Made by a program: the position numbers and the translations under genes. Positions 36,335-48,815 of a stretch of DNA of 63,252 nucleotides are shown here, one piece after another. The notes beneath the pieces are model-generated. The model searched no databases. It was not told the origin of the DNA and saw only the letters and a list, made by a program, of their open reading frames with translations. How positions within the stretch are numbered: the first letter of the stretch is position 1; each line of letters begins with the position of its first letter. The DNA comes from Octopus bimaculoides (lineage: Eukaryota). The DNA is taken from positions 18,533,990 through 18,597,241 of the forward strand of contig NC_068994.1 in NCBI RefSeq assembly GCF_001194135.2. Direction: 5' to 3'.

Positions 36335-36770
36335 ATAGGTATAGGTGTGGCTGTGTAGTAAGAAATTTGCTTCCAAAACTGCATGGTTCCAGGTTCAGCT
36401 CCACTGTGTGACACCTTAAGCAAGTGTCTTCTACTATGGCCTCAGACTGACCAAAACCTTGTGAGTGGATTTGGTAGATGGAAACTGAATGAAGCCCATG
36501 GCATGTAAATATATATATATATATAAATGTGTGTGTGCATGTCTTTGTACCTGTTTGTTTCCCACTACTGCTTGACAACCAGTGATGGTTTGTTTAAGTC
36601 TCTCTAACTTAGTGGTTTTGCAAAAAGAAACTGAAAGAATAAGTACCAGGCATTAAAAAAAATTTAAAAAATAGTACTGGGGTCAATTCATTCAACTAAA
36701 AATTCTACAAGGTGGTGCCTCAGCATGTCTGCAGTCTAATGGCTGAATCAGATAAAGAAAAAAAAACGAT
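36335..36770 (+). mobile_element. SINE-A, full length
   Basis: Colinear with 21439. Further plus copies at 47000-47150, 52355-52560, 57815-58235 and 58548-58975. Confidence 0.9.
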
Positions 36771-37170
36771 AGTTTCTTATCTTTTTTATAATGTCCCTTT
36801 TCCCCTAGACACCAATATAATTTTGAGAGGAGAGACTGTATAGTAATAGAATCAAACTCCACAAATTTCTTTAGTTCACTGAGGGGAAACCAGGGTTGAC
36901 CAGAGACTAAATGACAACAACATTTGGTACTTACTATATGGGTCTTACTGGGGTGAAAGGATAGAAGAAACCTGGCAGGATTTGAAACAAAAATAATCAT
37001 AACCTATTGTAATATAGGTACAAGACCTGAAAAATTTTGGAGGAGGATATTAATCAATTACATTGACCCCCACAGCTCAACTGATACATATTTCATTAAC
37101 ATAGAAAGGATGAACAATAATAATAATTATAATCTTCAGTAAACATTGTTGTAAGTCAGATATAAATCAC

Positions 37171-37447
37171 TGGAGTGAATTTTTTCAAGACAGGTTTGTG
37201 CATTTGAGGTGCATGTTTGACTGGAAGTTTCTTTTTCCCAATTTTGAGAAGTTCCCAAGGGAGAATGTTCTTTCTCTGCCTTCTAGATCACTTAATTTGA
37301 TCAGAATCCAGTGAAGTTAATCAGTTGGTAGATTCAAGAGAGTGAAAGAATATTTACCATTGCGAACTTCTCAAAACTACGCAAAAGAAACCTCTGGTCA
37401 AGCATGCACCTCAAATATACAAACCTGTTTTGAAGGAATTTACTCCA
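37171..37447. repeat. Long inverted repeat (~105-bp arms, ~68-bp spacer), MITE-like
   Basis: 37171-37275 is the reverse complement of ~37344-37447 (e.g. caggtttgtgcatttgaggtgcatg / catgcacctcaaatatacaaacctg). Confidence 0.9.
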
Positions 37448-37454
37448 ATAAAAC

Positions 37455-37985
37455 TGATAGCTGCTGGCCTTGTATCAAAATTTGAAATCAATTTTTATTA
37501 TATTATTATTACATTATCATTAATTATTATTATTTTGGGGCCGATGGAGTAAGTTCCAGTTGAACATTGTGGTTGATGCAATCAATTTATCCCCTACCCT
37601 CAAAAACTGATGGTCTTGTGCCAAAATTGGAAACCATCATTAAGGCAGTGAGCTGGCAGAACCGTTAGCATGCCGAGCGAAATGCTTAGTAGTATTTCAT
37701 CTGCTGCTATGCTCTGAGTTCAAATTCTGCCATGGTCAACTTTACCTTTCATCCTTTCAGGGTCGATTAAATAAGTACCAGTTACCCACTGGGGTTGATG
37801 TAATTGACTTAATCCCTTCCCCAAATTGTGCTTCCAGTAGAAAGAATTATTATTATTATAATAAATTGTTGTAAGGTGGCAAACTGGCAGAATTGTTACC
37901 AGTTGAACACTGGGGCCAATGTAATCAATTTATCTTCTCCCTTGAAATTCCTGGCCTCGTGTCAAAATTTGAAATCATTATTATT
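37455..37985 (+). mobile_element. SINE-B tandem cluster
   Basis: Partial and full units at ~37455-37490, 37540-37640, 37641-37850 and 37868-37980, separated by (ATT)n. Confidence 0.85.
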
Positions 37986-38619
37986 AGTTGTTGTTATTAC
38001 TTTTGTTAGCAGCAACATTATTAATGGTATTATTTAATCAAGACAATTGAAAACAAAGTATTTTGTGCTGCCATATACCAAATACAAATCTGTTTGGAAT
38101 GTAGAGAAATAATTTGATCTGCTCTTTGAAAACAGAGATAAATTTCAGTGCACTTGACACATGGTTCCACTAACTTGCTGCAAAACATGCAAATAGAGAG
38201 AAATTAATGGAGAGTCACATTAATTAGCAGAATTTAATGTTTTTACAGCAGAAAATGAGATTCTTAAAATACTCTGTCTGGTTCTACGCACATCAGTGAT
38301 TTAAAGTATTCTGAGCCAAAGCCATTCTTTGATTTTAAAACCAGTGCAGTTCCATAGTGTAAGCACTAATTATTACTATTGATATTTATTTATTCATGCA
38401 TCAGTGAGGATATATAGAGTCAATTGTTTGCCCTTTCTGTGATTTGAGGTACTCATCACCTGGCATTCAGCCCTATTGATTTCTGAGGAAGGAAGGCTAA
38501 AGCAGTCAGTTATAGCAACTTCAATACTTGAATGGCATTTATTTTACTGACCTCTGAAGAATGAAAGAATGGCAGGATTTAACTAAACGCTGAGAGCCAT
38601 TTTATCTGCTACTCTAATA

Positions 38620-39462
38620 CAACAATTCCCAATGTGGGGCACATGCTCCACCAGTGGGGCCAAGGAAAATTGTGGTGAGGCATGGGATCCCTAATTTTTT
38701 TTTCTCCTTTAGAGGGACATGAAATTGTGAAAATCTGTTTTTCTCAGCAAACGTTGTTGTTGTTGTTGGCACTCCGTCACTTACGACGTCGAGGGTTCCA
38801 ATTGATCCGATAAATGGAACAGCTTGCTCATGAAATTAACGTGCAAGTGGCTGAGCACTCCACAGACACATGTACCCTTAACATAGTTCTCGGGGATATT
38901 CAGTGTGACACAGTGTGACGAGGCTGACCCTTTGAATTACAGGCACAACAGAAACAGGAAGTAAGAGTGAGAGAAAGTTGTGGTGGAAGAGTACAGCAGG
39001 GTTCGCTACCATCCCCTGCCGGAGCCTCGTGGAGCTTTAGGTGTTTCGCTCAATAAACACTCACAACGCCCGGTCTGGGAATCGAAACCATGATCCTATG
39101 ACCGCGAGTCCGTTGCCCTAACCACTGAGCCATTGCGCCTCCACTCAGCAAACATAGTACACTTATATTCAGCCTAGCCAAACCAATCCAGCCAGCCAAG
39201 CATACTGTGAGAAAACCTTGCTACAGTATAGCAGAATTCTAATGCCCTAGTGTTGGTATTACTTCAAAGAAAGTATATAATTATGAAATGTCAAAACTCT
39301 GCATTTAATAAAAGAGTTACTGGTTGATTCTTTTGTATTAAATAATTATGATAAAATATAAAAGATAGAGTTGTTGTTTTTTTTTTTCCAATCACTGGTG
39401 GGGCATACATGTTTTTGGAAAGTTATAGTGGAGCCTAGGGAAAAATAGGTTGGAGAACACTG
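38620..39462. mobile_element. Old hAT-type MITE carrying a nested SINE
   Basis: 8-bp TSD CTCTAATA (38612-38619) / CTCTAACA (39463-39470); decayed TIRs CAACAATTCCCAA vs TTGGAGAACACTG. Confidence 0.55.
38753..39143 (-). mobile_element. tRNA-headed core-domain SINE (resembles cephalopod Ceph-SINE type), young, 10-bp TSD
   Basis: A-box TGGCTCAGTGG, B-box GGTTTCGATTCC, (CAA)n tail, many CpGs retained; CTCAGCAAAC at 38743-38752 and 39144-39153. Superfamily assignment from memory. Confidence 0.85.
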
Positions 39463-40094
39463 CTCTAACAGTTCTGTCAATGCACAACCTTAAGCACTGA
39501 AATACATACCAATAATATATAACGGTTAATTCAGTCAGCCAAGTGTTTTCCTGTAAATAAATATTGACTTTAGCATAAGAAACTGTCATTGTTAAGTAGC
39601 AAAATGACAATACCTATAGTTCATTTGAGTTATTACCCTTAGCTTTTTTTTTTAATTATGCAATTTAAAAAAAATTTTTGATGCAATTTTTTTTAATTAT
39701 TTGAAACACTCTAACTATATTGAAGTCACTGTCAGTTGATCAGACAGGGTTGGTTCTACATTACTGATGAAATCTATAGACTGAAACCTGTCTGCAGTTG
39801 TCCTTGACTACAAAGATCAGATTTTTGTTCCCCTTCAGCATGTAAATTAACCATTGAGAGATTAATTCTTAATTTCTTGGAAGTATTTCCATTTTTTTCC
39901 ATTCCGCCCAACTAACAATTGTTTTGATTTTTTTATCTTCTTCAGCAAATAAGAGGAAAATTTCAATAAATTAAATATTTATTGCATATAACATTTAGTA
40001 AATCATCCTTTCACATTTTCAAATGCATGTCATGTCACCTACTTGAGTTATTTCCCTTAGCTCATTTTATTTTTCAGAAACATTAATATGTCTT

Positions 40095-40668
40095 GATATG
40101 CCTAATGATAAATTGGTTTCATATCTCAACATTCTGGGTTCATATCATAGTGAAATCTGTTTGGTGGGATATGAAATGTTTAGTCCACTTTGAACTTTTA
40201 AACACAAACCAAATGATAACAAAGGAGATCTACTGTGAGCAGCTTGAGTGGCTTAGGTCAGCACTAGAAGAAAAATGACCATCTTTCGTTTCAAGGATAA
40301 TGCTTGGCCACATACAGTGAAGATGACATTCCAAAAGCTGGAGCAGTTTGAATGGGAAATGACACCCCACCCACCATATTTGCTGAACATTGCCCTATCT
40401 GATTATCATTTATTCTGCAGTTTTCAGAATTATTTGAACAGAAAAAATATGAATTCTGTAGATGAGGTCAGAACAGTGCTGGAGTATTTTTATCACAGAC
40501 AAGTGGATTTTGGAAGAGGGGCTTTGCAAGTCTACCAGATAGATGGAAGAGCATTGTCGAAAATGAAAGAGAGTTATATTTTAGATTAAAAAAAAACTTT
40601 GCTTGTCTTAATTTTGAAAAATAAAGGAAGTATAAAAAAAACATCATTATTTATGGGATGACCCAATA
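40095..40668 (+). pseudogene. mariner (DD34D-type) transposase C-terminal remnant with 3' TIR
   Basis: SVWWDMK...DNAWPH...HPPYLLNIALSDYHLF...LPDRWKSIVENE motifs across frameshifts; ends ttatttatgggatgacccaata+TA. Confidence 0.9.
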
Positions 40669-40859
40669 TATAAGAATGAAAGTGGAATCCCTGCTAAGCA
40701 TAAAGAACTTGCAATATTAAACCCACAATCTCAAAATCATCATAAAAGCTTGACCTGACAATCACTGAGGATTCCCTGTTGATAAAATTCTCAAAACAGC
40801 AAAAACTGGCCTTCAAGAAAAAAGACTAGAAAATTTAAAGATCAGCTCCAACAACTGCT

Positions 40860-41265
40860 AGTTCTTTGCAAAACTCAGGTGAGAGGCCTACAATGAAATA
40901 CTACCTCAACATCTGGGACAGCGCTGCTGCATCACATACACCTTAGACTACTTGACTGATTGGCATGAAGTTTCTCAGTATCATGTTCCATCATCTGGCC
41001 CACAGATGCACCATCTCCTCCCCTCCCTAATTTTCAACTGTAACTAAGTAGCCTCAGTTCCTCAGAGTTGGCTGATCCCATGTCACCTCCATTTAATTGT
41101 GTCTCTACCTTTCATCATTCGCATTCAGTTCATTCTCCTTATTGCCCACACTAACCGCTTTTTCCTAGAACTTAATTTCCCAGAATGTTTGGTCTTCTAA
41201 AATTCTGTCACTACCTATGTTCTTCTGGCAGTCACCAATTTGCATTAACTGCACTGATCTCACCT
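40860..41265 (+). mobile_element. CR1/L2-group LINE ORF2 C-terminal/3' fragment, decayed
   Basis: KTQVR-PTMKYYLNIWDSAAASHT and FFPRT-like segments resemble the YKAQVRP.MEY...IW / SFFPRT..LWN motifs of this LINE group. Confidence 0.6.
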
Positions 41266-42031
41266 GTCTCAGAGAGGTTGCAAAGGCTACGAACAAACTC
41301 CTTCCTGCAGACTAACCACACCCGTTTCAAAGTAAGTATGTTTAGTTATTCCTCATAAGGTTCATTACTGTCTTAAATGTTCGGTTTGATGCCACTCTGT
41401 GTTGCCTTGCACAGTTTAGAAACAAATGTGTCCACAGGACTTAACTTTACCTTTTAATCCCACCAGGGTCAATAAAAGAAATACAAGCATATAATAATTT
41501 CTTGCCAACAAATGTGTGGTTCTATCCTATTCATTTGATTCTATATATAATTTGATAATCAGTAACATAAAAAAATAAACAATACATAAGTAAAAAACAA
41601 ATTTAAAACACCACTTCTTAAAAAAATTTAATATGAACCATAATTAAATCATTTTTGTTTTCAAAATAAAATATTCAATTGCATTATTACAGGAATATGC
41701 TGTTTCTCTTTAAAATTAAATCAATTTCTGATACTCTAATTTTAAATAAAAATTTATTTTAAATGTTTGCAATGATTCACATAATTTTCATTTTAGTAGT
41801 AGCACCAATAAGGGACATCTATGAGATCATTCAACTTATAGAAAGAGAAGTGAAATTTCTCTCAAACCACACTCTACCGTCTTGAAAGAGGAGAGACTAG
41901 ATTGAATAATGTAATTCTAAATACAACTAAAAATATGAAGTGGTCAAGGCTGGAATGCTGTTGATTATAGGCCTGCCTGATCAGGGATAACTTAGAGCTA
42001 AGCAGAAACAAAGACAATCATCATTGTTTAA

Positions 42032-42252
42032 CCCTTTAGCATTCAGATTATTCTGTCAATTATAATGCTTATTTATTTAAATTGGTTTGAAGTAATCATG
42101 CATTATCTCACTGCTTCTAAATTTCAATGATGTGATAGAATATTTTTAGAATGACATTATATGGTTGGTGTGAGAGGCTGAATTTGTTCAGTTTGAACAT
42201 AAAACATGTAGGAGTATTTGGGCTGGATATAGCTGGTTTAAATGCTAAAAGG
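42032..42252. mobile_element. piggyBac-like MITE-D, intact
   Basis: TTAA|CCCTTTAGCATT ... AATGCTAAAAGG|TTAA; 221 bp. Confidence 0.9.
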
Positions 42253-43767
42253 TTAACATCTGTTTTCCATAGGTTGTATGGTTTGACAGAAGATGGTCAG
42301 CTGGAGAACTAGTCAAACTCCAATTGTCTGTTCAAATGTGAATATATTAAAAAAAAAAAAATGGTGTTTGTAAATCTATGGCATTACAACCATGATTATC
42401 TGTCTTATATTTATCACACTTTCTGATGTGTCATGTTTTTAAGACTGATTTTTGCTGCTATTTCTAGCAGTCAAAGCAACTATGCAGAGACCTGGCTCAT
42501 TTGTTAGCTTCAATTTCAAGAAATACTATTTCCTCTGGCATAGGATGGATCTTGAAATATGGTTAATGAGTAATATAAAATTGATGCAAGATTTAATAAA
42601 ATCAACGTTAAACTTAAAATGCTAGTATTTCATAATAATCATTGCCATTGCTATTTAGAAGATCCACTCAGATCCGATTGAGAGCATCTATTATATAATA
42701 TATAGCAAATTGGACCCTCTGGAGAAAACTATAATGTCAACATCCTAAATATTCCATACCATTCAACTGTCTTCATTATTGGGATTCCGTCTTAATATTT
42801 AGATCTCACAGATCTCATGATCCTTATTTTATGATAAAGTATGGAGTTTACTGAGTGAGATATGGTTATTATACTGAGTATGTTGCACTTACCTCATCTT
42901 AACTCACTAACTAACTGCCTCAAGGGAGCTACTATATTTACAATTTGCACAGATATGTGAAGCAGATAGAAACAGATAGAATGAGTGCAAAAATGAAATG
43001 TATTAGTAAAAACATAATAAATATATGCCTCTGGTTATTCCAGATATCACTACTGATGGAATTCTGTGACTATTGTCGAACAAATAATTTAGCAATACAA
43101 CAGAAAATACTGTCAGAGGATTCAATTAAAACTTTCCAAGTAGGTTTTCTGAAAAACAACCAGAACTTCTGGTACTGTACTGAAACAGACAGAAAAATGT
43201 TTATAATAAAAGGCAACAAGGCCTTAGAGCTTTTTAATCTCTATTATTATTTGTGAAATATTTATTTGTATAATACTTAACATAACACGTTAACACTTGA
43301 TTACCAACCAAATATTCTTTTGATTAGTTTGGACGAACTAACTACAAGACTAAAGAATTGTTACACACACATGTGTATCTGTATATGCTTATGTTTTGGT
43401 GTATGTGTCCTTTCAATATACTTGTAAATGTGTGTGTGTATGTGCGTACATCTTACCATTCTATTATGCATCTTACATAGTTATACATTCAACCAGCTAT
43501 TCTTTCTAGCCATACAAAGAAGCCTGTGTATAGTCGCTCATTCTGCTAGAAATAGCACTAACGAATGTCATTGAGTTCCAATATTCTGTGAAAACATGTC
43601 TAGCAATGGGGGAAATATATAACCTTGCTTGGAAACGGTTAAGGCTTGGTGTCAGGGAGAGCATCTGGCCATAGGAAATCTTCCTCAATAAACTCCATCT
43701 GATTCATACAAGCATGGATATTAAAATGATGATGATGATGATTGAGATATATACATGTATGTATATA

Positions 43768-43779
43768 TACATATATACA

Positions 43780-43830
<51 letters not shown>
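43768..43830. repeat. (TA)n microsatellite; others at 20189-20221, 45637-45688, 49325-49385, 54110-54160 (TG), 55730-55800 (ATGT), 59598-59650 (AAT) and 63098-63125
   Basis: Direct reading. Confidence 0.95.
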
Positions 43831-43833
<3 letters not shown>

Positions 43834-45150
43834 ATGAAGTAACGAAGTACTGGAGGACAACCTCAGGCCATTGAACCTTATAGAGGAAACGACAAAGGAC
43901 CAAAATATCTGGCAACTTGTTGTACTCAAGAAGATCTGTATTCCACAGCAGAAGTGTTAATGCTGCTCACCCTGATGAAGAGGATTGGCCTGCAAGAACC
44001 CTGTTCCCGTGCCATGTAAAAAGCACTTGTGCCAATGCCATGTGAAAGTGCTCATGCTGGTGCCATGTTAAAAGTACCCAGCACACACAGTTAAGTGGCT
44101 GGCATTAGGAAGGGCATCCAGCTATAGAAACCAAGCCAAACAAGACTGGAACTGGTGTAGCTCTCCTACTTGCCACCTCTGGTAAAACTGTCCAATCCAT
44201 GCCTGCATGGAAAATGGACATTAATGAATGATGATGATGATGATATACATGTTTTAATATACTGCTAGAGAGAGGCAGGTAAAGTACAAATGACAACATC
44301 TTATTACTGAATTTGAATCATGCTTGTGTCAAGGTTGTCTTTTAATTGTGGAAATCTCAATGTAAAAAATATCCTTAAATCTTTTTATTACCAAGTTGTC
44401 TGAGACTCATCTTTCATTTTTAACATATAAAATCCTTTCATTTTAAAGTGCTCATATTCAAATTAAAACTTGTCCACATAATTTGATGCAAGAAACCTTT
44501 TTCGTTATGTTCCAAACAACTGATTAAAAATAAAGAAGTTAGTTATTTTATTAAACTCAAAATTCTTGATTATTTTCAAAACCAATTAGAACATATGGAC
44601 ATTAAAAATCAGATTACAAAAAAAAAAACAAGTGATTTTTACCCACTTTCTTTTGCAAAATTTAATGGTGAACAAAAATTTTCTGAATACAAAAATTCTG
44701 GTCTACCACTTAGAATATAATATAGCTACTATGAAGTAGAAATCTTATAGTTTCCAATGAAATACTGTCATGTGGTAAATTATCATGGCTTGAAGTATCA
44801 TATTTTTCTATTTAAATAATTCATCATTTTCACAGTTGTTACTGAAACCATTTTTTTCTCTTTGCCAGACACATATCTATAATATAACAAATCTATAAAG
44901 CTGGCCAGATTTATAATCATGGATTTGTTTCATTGATTATTGTGTACTATTTTGCAAGAAAAAAAAAACATACTTAGATTTTAGACCAAATGCTATGGTC
45001 CTGATAATTATCCAGAGTGAATAAAAGAAATTTACCAAAACAAAATAGAAACCTGTCAGTCATATACAAATTTGAAATAACTTGTGGTTGTGTACATAAC
45101 AAACTTATAAGGCAGTCCCCTAAAATAACATCAATATTGTGGGGGACACA

Positions 45151-45383
45151 GGGCAGTGAACTGGCAGAATCATTAGCACACCGGGTGAAATGCTTAATGG
45201 TATTTCGTCTGCCATTATGTTCTGAGTTCAAAATCCGCCAAGGTCGACTTTGCCTTTCATCCATTTGAAGTTGATTAAATAAGTACCAGTTACACACTGG
45301 GGTTAATGTAATCAACATAATCCCTTTCTCTGTCCTTGTTTTTCCCCCTCTATGTTTAGCCCCCTGTGCGCAATAAACAAATA
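45151..45383 (+). mobile_element. SINE-B with 14-bp TSD
   Basis: AATATTGTGGGGGA at 45133-45146 and 45384-45397 (4 extra bases before the head). Confidence 0.9.
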
Positions 45384-45419
45384 AATATTGTGGGGGATAA
45401 ACACAAACACATAGACATA

Positions 45420-45600
45420 TACACATTATATAGTTCAAATTCACAGAAAAACAAAGGCGGAAACAGGTGTAGGAACAACAAGCAAGTGTATTAGTTTAAG
45501 ACTCGGGAAAAATGGAAAAGTCTTTTACGTTTTGAGCCTATGCTCTTCGACAGGAAGGAATAAGAGGAAATACATAGAGACAGAGAATGAGAAATAAAAC
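45420..45600 (-). mobile_element. Penelope-like terminal fragment with hammerhead-like motif (45522-45557)
   Basis: Minus strand reads cttc-CTGTCGA-A-GAGC-ATAG-GCTC-AAAA-CGT-A-aaag. Confidence 0.55.
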
Positions 45601-45621
45601 ATGTTGAGTTCAGTGGTCCAT

Positions 45622-45693
<72 letters not shown>

Positions 45694-45714
45694 CACAAAC
45701 TTCTTCCAGTTTCT

Positions 45715-45922
45715 CATTTCTTTATTGCCCACAAGGGGCTACACACAGAGGGAATAAACAAGGACAGACAAACGGATTAAGTTGATTATATCGACCCCAG
45801 TGCATAACTGGTACTTATTTAACCGACCCTGAAAGGATGAAAGGCAAAGTCGACCTCGGCGGAATTTGAACTCAGAATGTAGCATTTTGCACGTCGTGTT
45901 AATGTTTCTGCCAGCTCGCTAT
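45715..45922 (-). mobile_element. SINE-B, inverted relative to 45151 copy
   Basis: Reverse complement aligns to the 45151 and 53378 copies. Confidence 0.9.
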
Positions 45923-47149
45923 CTACCAAAGCCACTCACAAGGCTTTGGTCAGCCCAAGGTTTATAGTTGGAGACACATGCCAAGGCGTCATACAGTGGA
46001 ACTGAACTTGGAACTGAGTGGCTGAGAAGTAAACTTCTTACTACACATAGCTACACTTGTGCATAATATACATAATATCACTTTATTCAACATCAATTCT
46101 GATGAGGTAATCTATGATCTAAGGTACTGAAGCCATAATTATCTCACCTTCTTTCCAGAAATAATGCATCTTTTCCTTTAAGGTGGTTGGATGTAAACTG
46201 GCTGCTATTTCTAGCAGGTCGAATGCTTAAAAGCTAAATAAACCAAACTGCATTCCTCTGAAACCCACCCCTTTTTGCTCTCCTTTTACTTTCATTGTAA
46301 AGTGGTTGGCATTTAGAAGGGCGTCCAGTTGTAAAAACCGTGTTAAAACTGATCTCACCTGTGCTGGTACTAAGTAAAAAGTACTCAGTCCACTTTGTGG
46401 GGCAGCTGGTGTTAGGAAGGGCATCCAGTCATAAAAATGTGCCAAGACAGACACAGAAGTCTGGTGCAGCTTTCTGCCTGGCCAGCTCCTTCTAAACCGT
46501 CCAACCCATGACAGCATAAAAGGTGGATGTTAAACTTTGATGATGACTAATTTCACTTATTTAATCTTGTCCTTCATCTATAAAGACTAAAAGCCATAAT
46601 AAAGACTGCACCTCTTTCTCATTCTTTTGAGGACCAATTGCCTGACCAGCAACTAAACAGCATCAACAACTGCAGGATGTACTTAAATATCTATTGCTAT
46701 AGATTTGATCAGAAATAAGATAATGTTCATTAATCAGTGAAAGTAGAGAAAGAAGAAATGGTGGTGGTGGTGGTGGTGGTGGAGAAATAAATCTTGAGAT
46801 CATTTTCTAGAATTACTAAACAGTGTTACAATTAAGTACGACTTCATTATCATTTATTGTGACTTCTGGAGGGAAAAAGACTATCTTGACACTGGCAAGA
46901 TATGAAGTTGGAAATATAAGAATATCATAAAGCTTCTAGAATGGTGTTCTATCACTGGAACCTACTGTACTTATCTCTGAATGTGTATTTGGTACTATAT
47001 AGGCACAGGCATGATTGCATGCTAAGAAGCTTGCTTCTCAACCACATGGTTCTGGGCTCAGTGGAATCTTGGGCAAATGTCTACCATGTCTTAGTGTTTG
47101 TTCCTCACCACCACTTGACAACTAATGTTGGTGTGTTTACATCCTTGTA

Positions 47150-47260
47150 ACCCCTGAGTATTCCACATACAGGTACACATTTAGACTCTTAATGTAATTC
47201 TCAGTAAAATCAACATGATACTGAATGTTACAAGACTAGACTTTTGAAATACAGGTACAA
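47150..47260 (-). mobile_element. Decayed core-domain SINE fragment (another at 28255-28305)
   Basis: Matches the core of the 38753 SINE (ctgag.a.tccaca...cttaa...gttctc...tgacaag.ct..ccc.ttgaa.tacagg.aca). Confidence 0.6.
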
Positions 47261-48064
47261 TCCATTTATTGGGCTTCCAAACAGTTTCCATTTACTTGAT
47301 TACACTTCCAAAGCTTATGCTGATCCAAAGGTGCCATAAAAAAATATTTGCCCAAGATGCCATGCAGTGGGATTGAACCCAGGACCTTTGTGAAGCAAAC
47401 TTCTTACCCATTCAGCCATGACTGTGCCCTACATTATATAAATATATCAAGCATCTGAGTTTATACTCATACAATTATATTTCAAAATGTAGATATAGCA
47501 AAAACAAAGAAAACTGAATGCAATATGCATGTCTAATGTTCTGCCTACATCCTAGACAGTAGCTAAAATGAATGGTACACTTATAATGATATTTATAAAT
47601 CAATCTAAACAGGTTTCTTGTTCTGATCTATAACTTACAACTTAGTACTTAGAATTAAGAAAAAAAAATTTATGTAAAATTTTAAAACCATTAAGTGTGT
47701 CATTTTGGTACAGTATTTGTATAAAAGTTTATTGATAGAAATGATTTTCTGCTTTAGTTGGTAAGAATGATTATTGATTCAATAAAGTATTTAGAGCTGT
47801 TTGTGATTTTAGATGATCTAATTCATAATTATGATTGTGAAGTGCTGCGATAAAACAGTTTAATGTTTTCAACAAATAATTAATAATGTAAGTAAACTTA
47901 GGTTCTATTAAGATTACCAAGGATAAATCACAGTGTTGATCCTACCTAATCCTAAACCACACAACACACAAATTTGAACAGCACTTAAGTAATTACAGAT
48001 AAAGAGATATAGTATTTAGTTAGAGAATTTCTTTTCAGGAGTCAGAAGGTCTTGGTAAGCTCTT

Positions 48065-48815
48065 ATTATTTATCTTTTACTTGTTTCAGTCATTAATTAG
48101 ACAGTGGCCATGCTGGGGCACCACCTTGAAGTGTTTTAGTTGAACAACTTAACTCCAGTATTTATCATCATCATCATTGTTTAACGTCCGCTTTCCATGC
48201 TAGCATGGGTTGGACGGTTTGATTGAGGACTGGTGAACCAGATGGCTACACCAGGCTCCAATCTGATTTGGCAGAGTTTCTACAGCTGGATGCCCTTCCT
48301 AACGCCAACCACTCCAAGAGTGTAGTGGGTGCTTTTATGTGCCACCGGCACGAAGGTCAGTCAGGCGGTACTGGCAATGGCCACGCTCAAAATGGTGTAT
48401 TTTACATGTCACCTGCACAGGAGCCAGTCCAGTGGCACTGGCAACGATCTTGCTCGAATGTCTTTACATGTGCCAGGAAGGCGAAGCTGGGCACAGGTGC
48501 CATCACGATTTCGCTTTTATATATATATATATATTTAAAAACCTGATACATATTCTATCAGTTGCTTTTTGCCAAACTGCTAAGTTACAAGGGACATAAA
48601 CGCTAATACTGGTTGTCAAACAATGATGAGAGACAAAAATAGTCATATACACAATGGACTTCTTTCAGTTTCCATCTACCAAATACACTCACAAGGTTTT
48701 GGTCAACTCGAGGCTATAGTAAAAGACATTTGCCCAAGGTACTGCACAGTAGCCCTGAACTCAGAACCATGAGGTTGGGATGCAAGCTTCTTACCATACA
48801 GCCATGTCTGCACCT
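48065..48815 (-). mobile_element. SINE-A split by a repeat-C insertion (48167-48520)
   Basis: SINE-A halves at 48065-48165 and 48525-48815 flank the longest repeat-C copy in the window. Confidence 0.85.

Noticed and set aside
39060-39143. Possible functional tRNA gene (also 58265-58335)
   Set aside because: tRNA-like heads run directly into SINE bodies with tails or TSDs; acceptor stems are not convincing.
42945-43256. 103-aa ORF containing a possible plus-strand exon 43044-43139 (ISLLMEFCDYCRTNNLAIQQKILSEDSIKTFQ, ccag/gtaggt)
   Set aside because: Good splice sites but no recognisable homology and no convincing partner exons; such hits are expected by chance in 63 kb. Worth including in an RNA-seq check.
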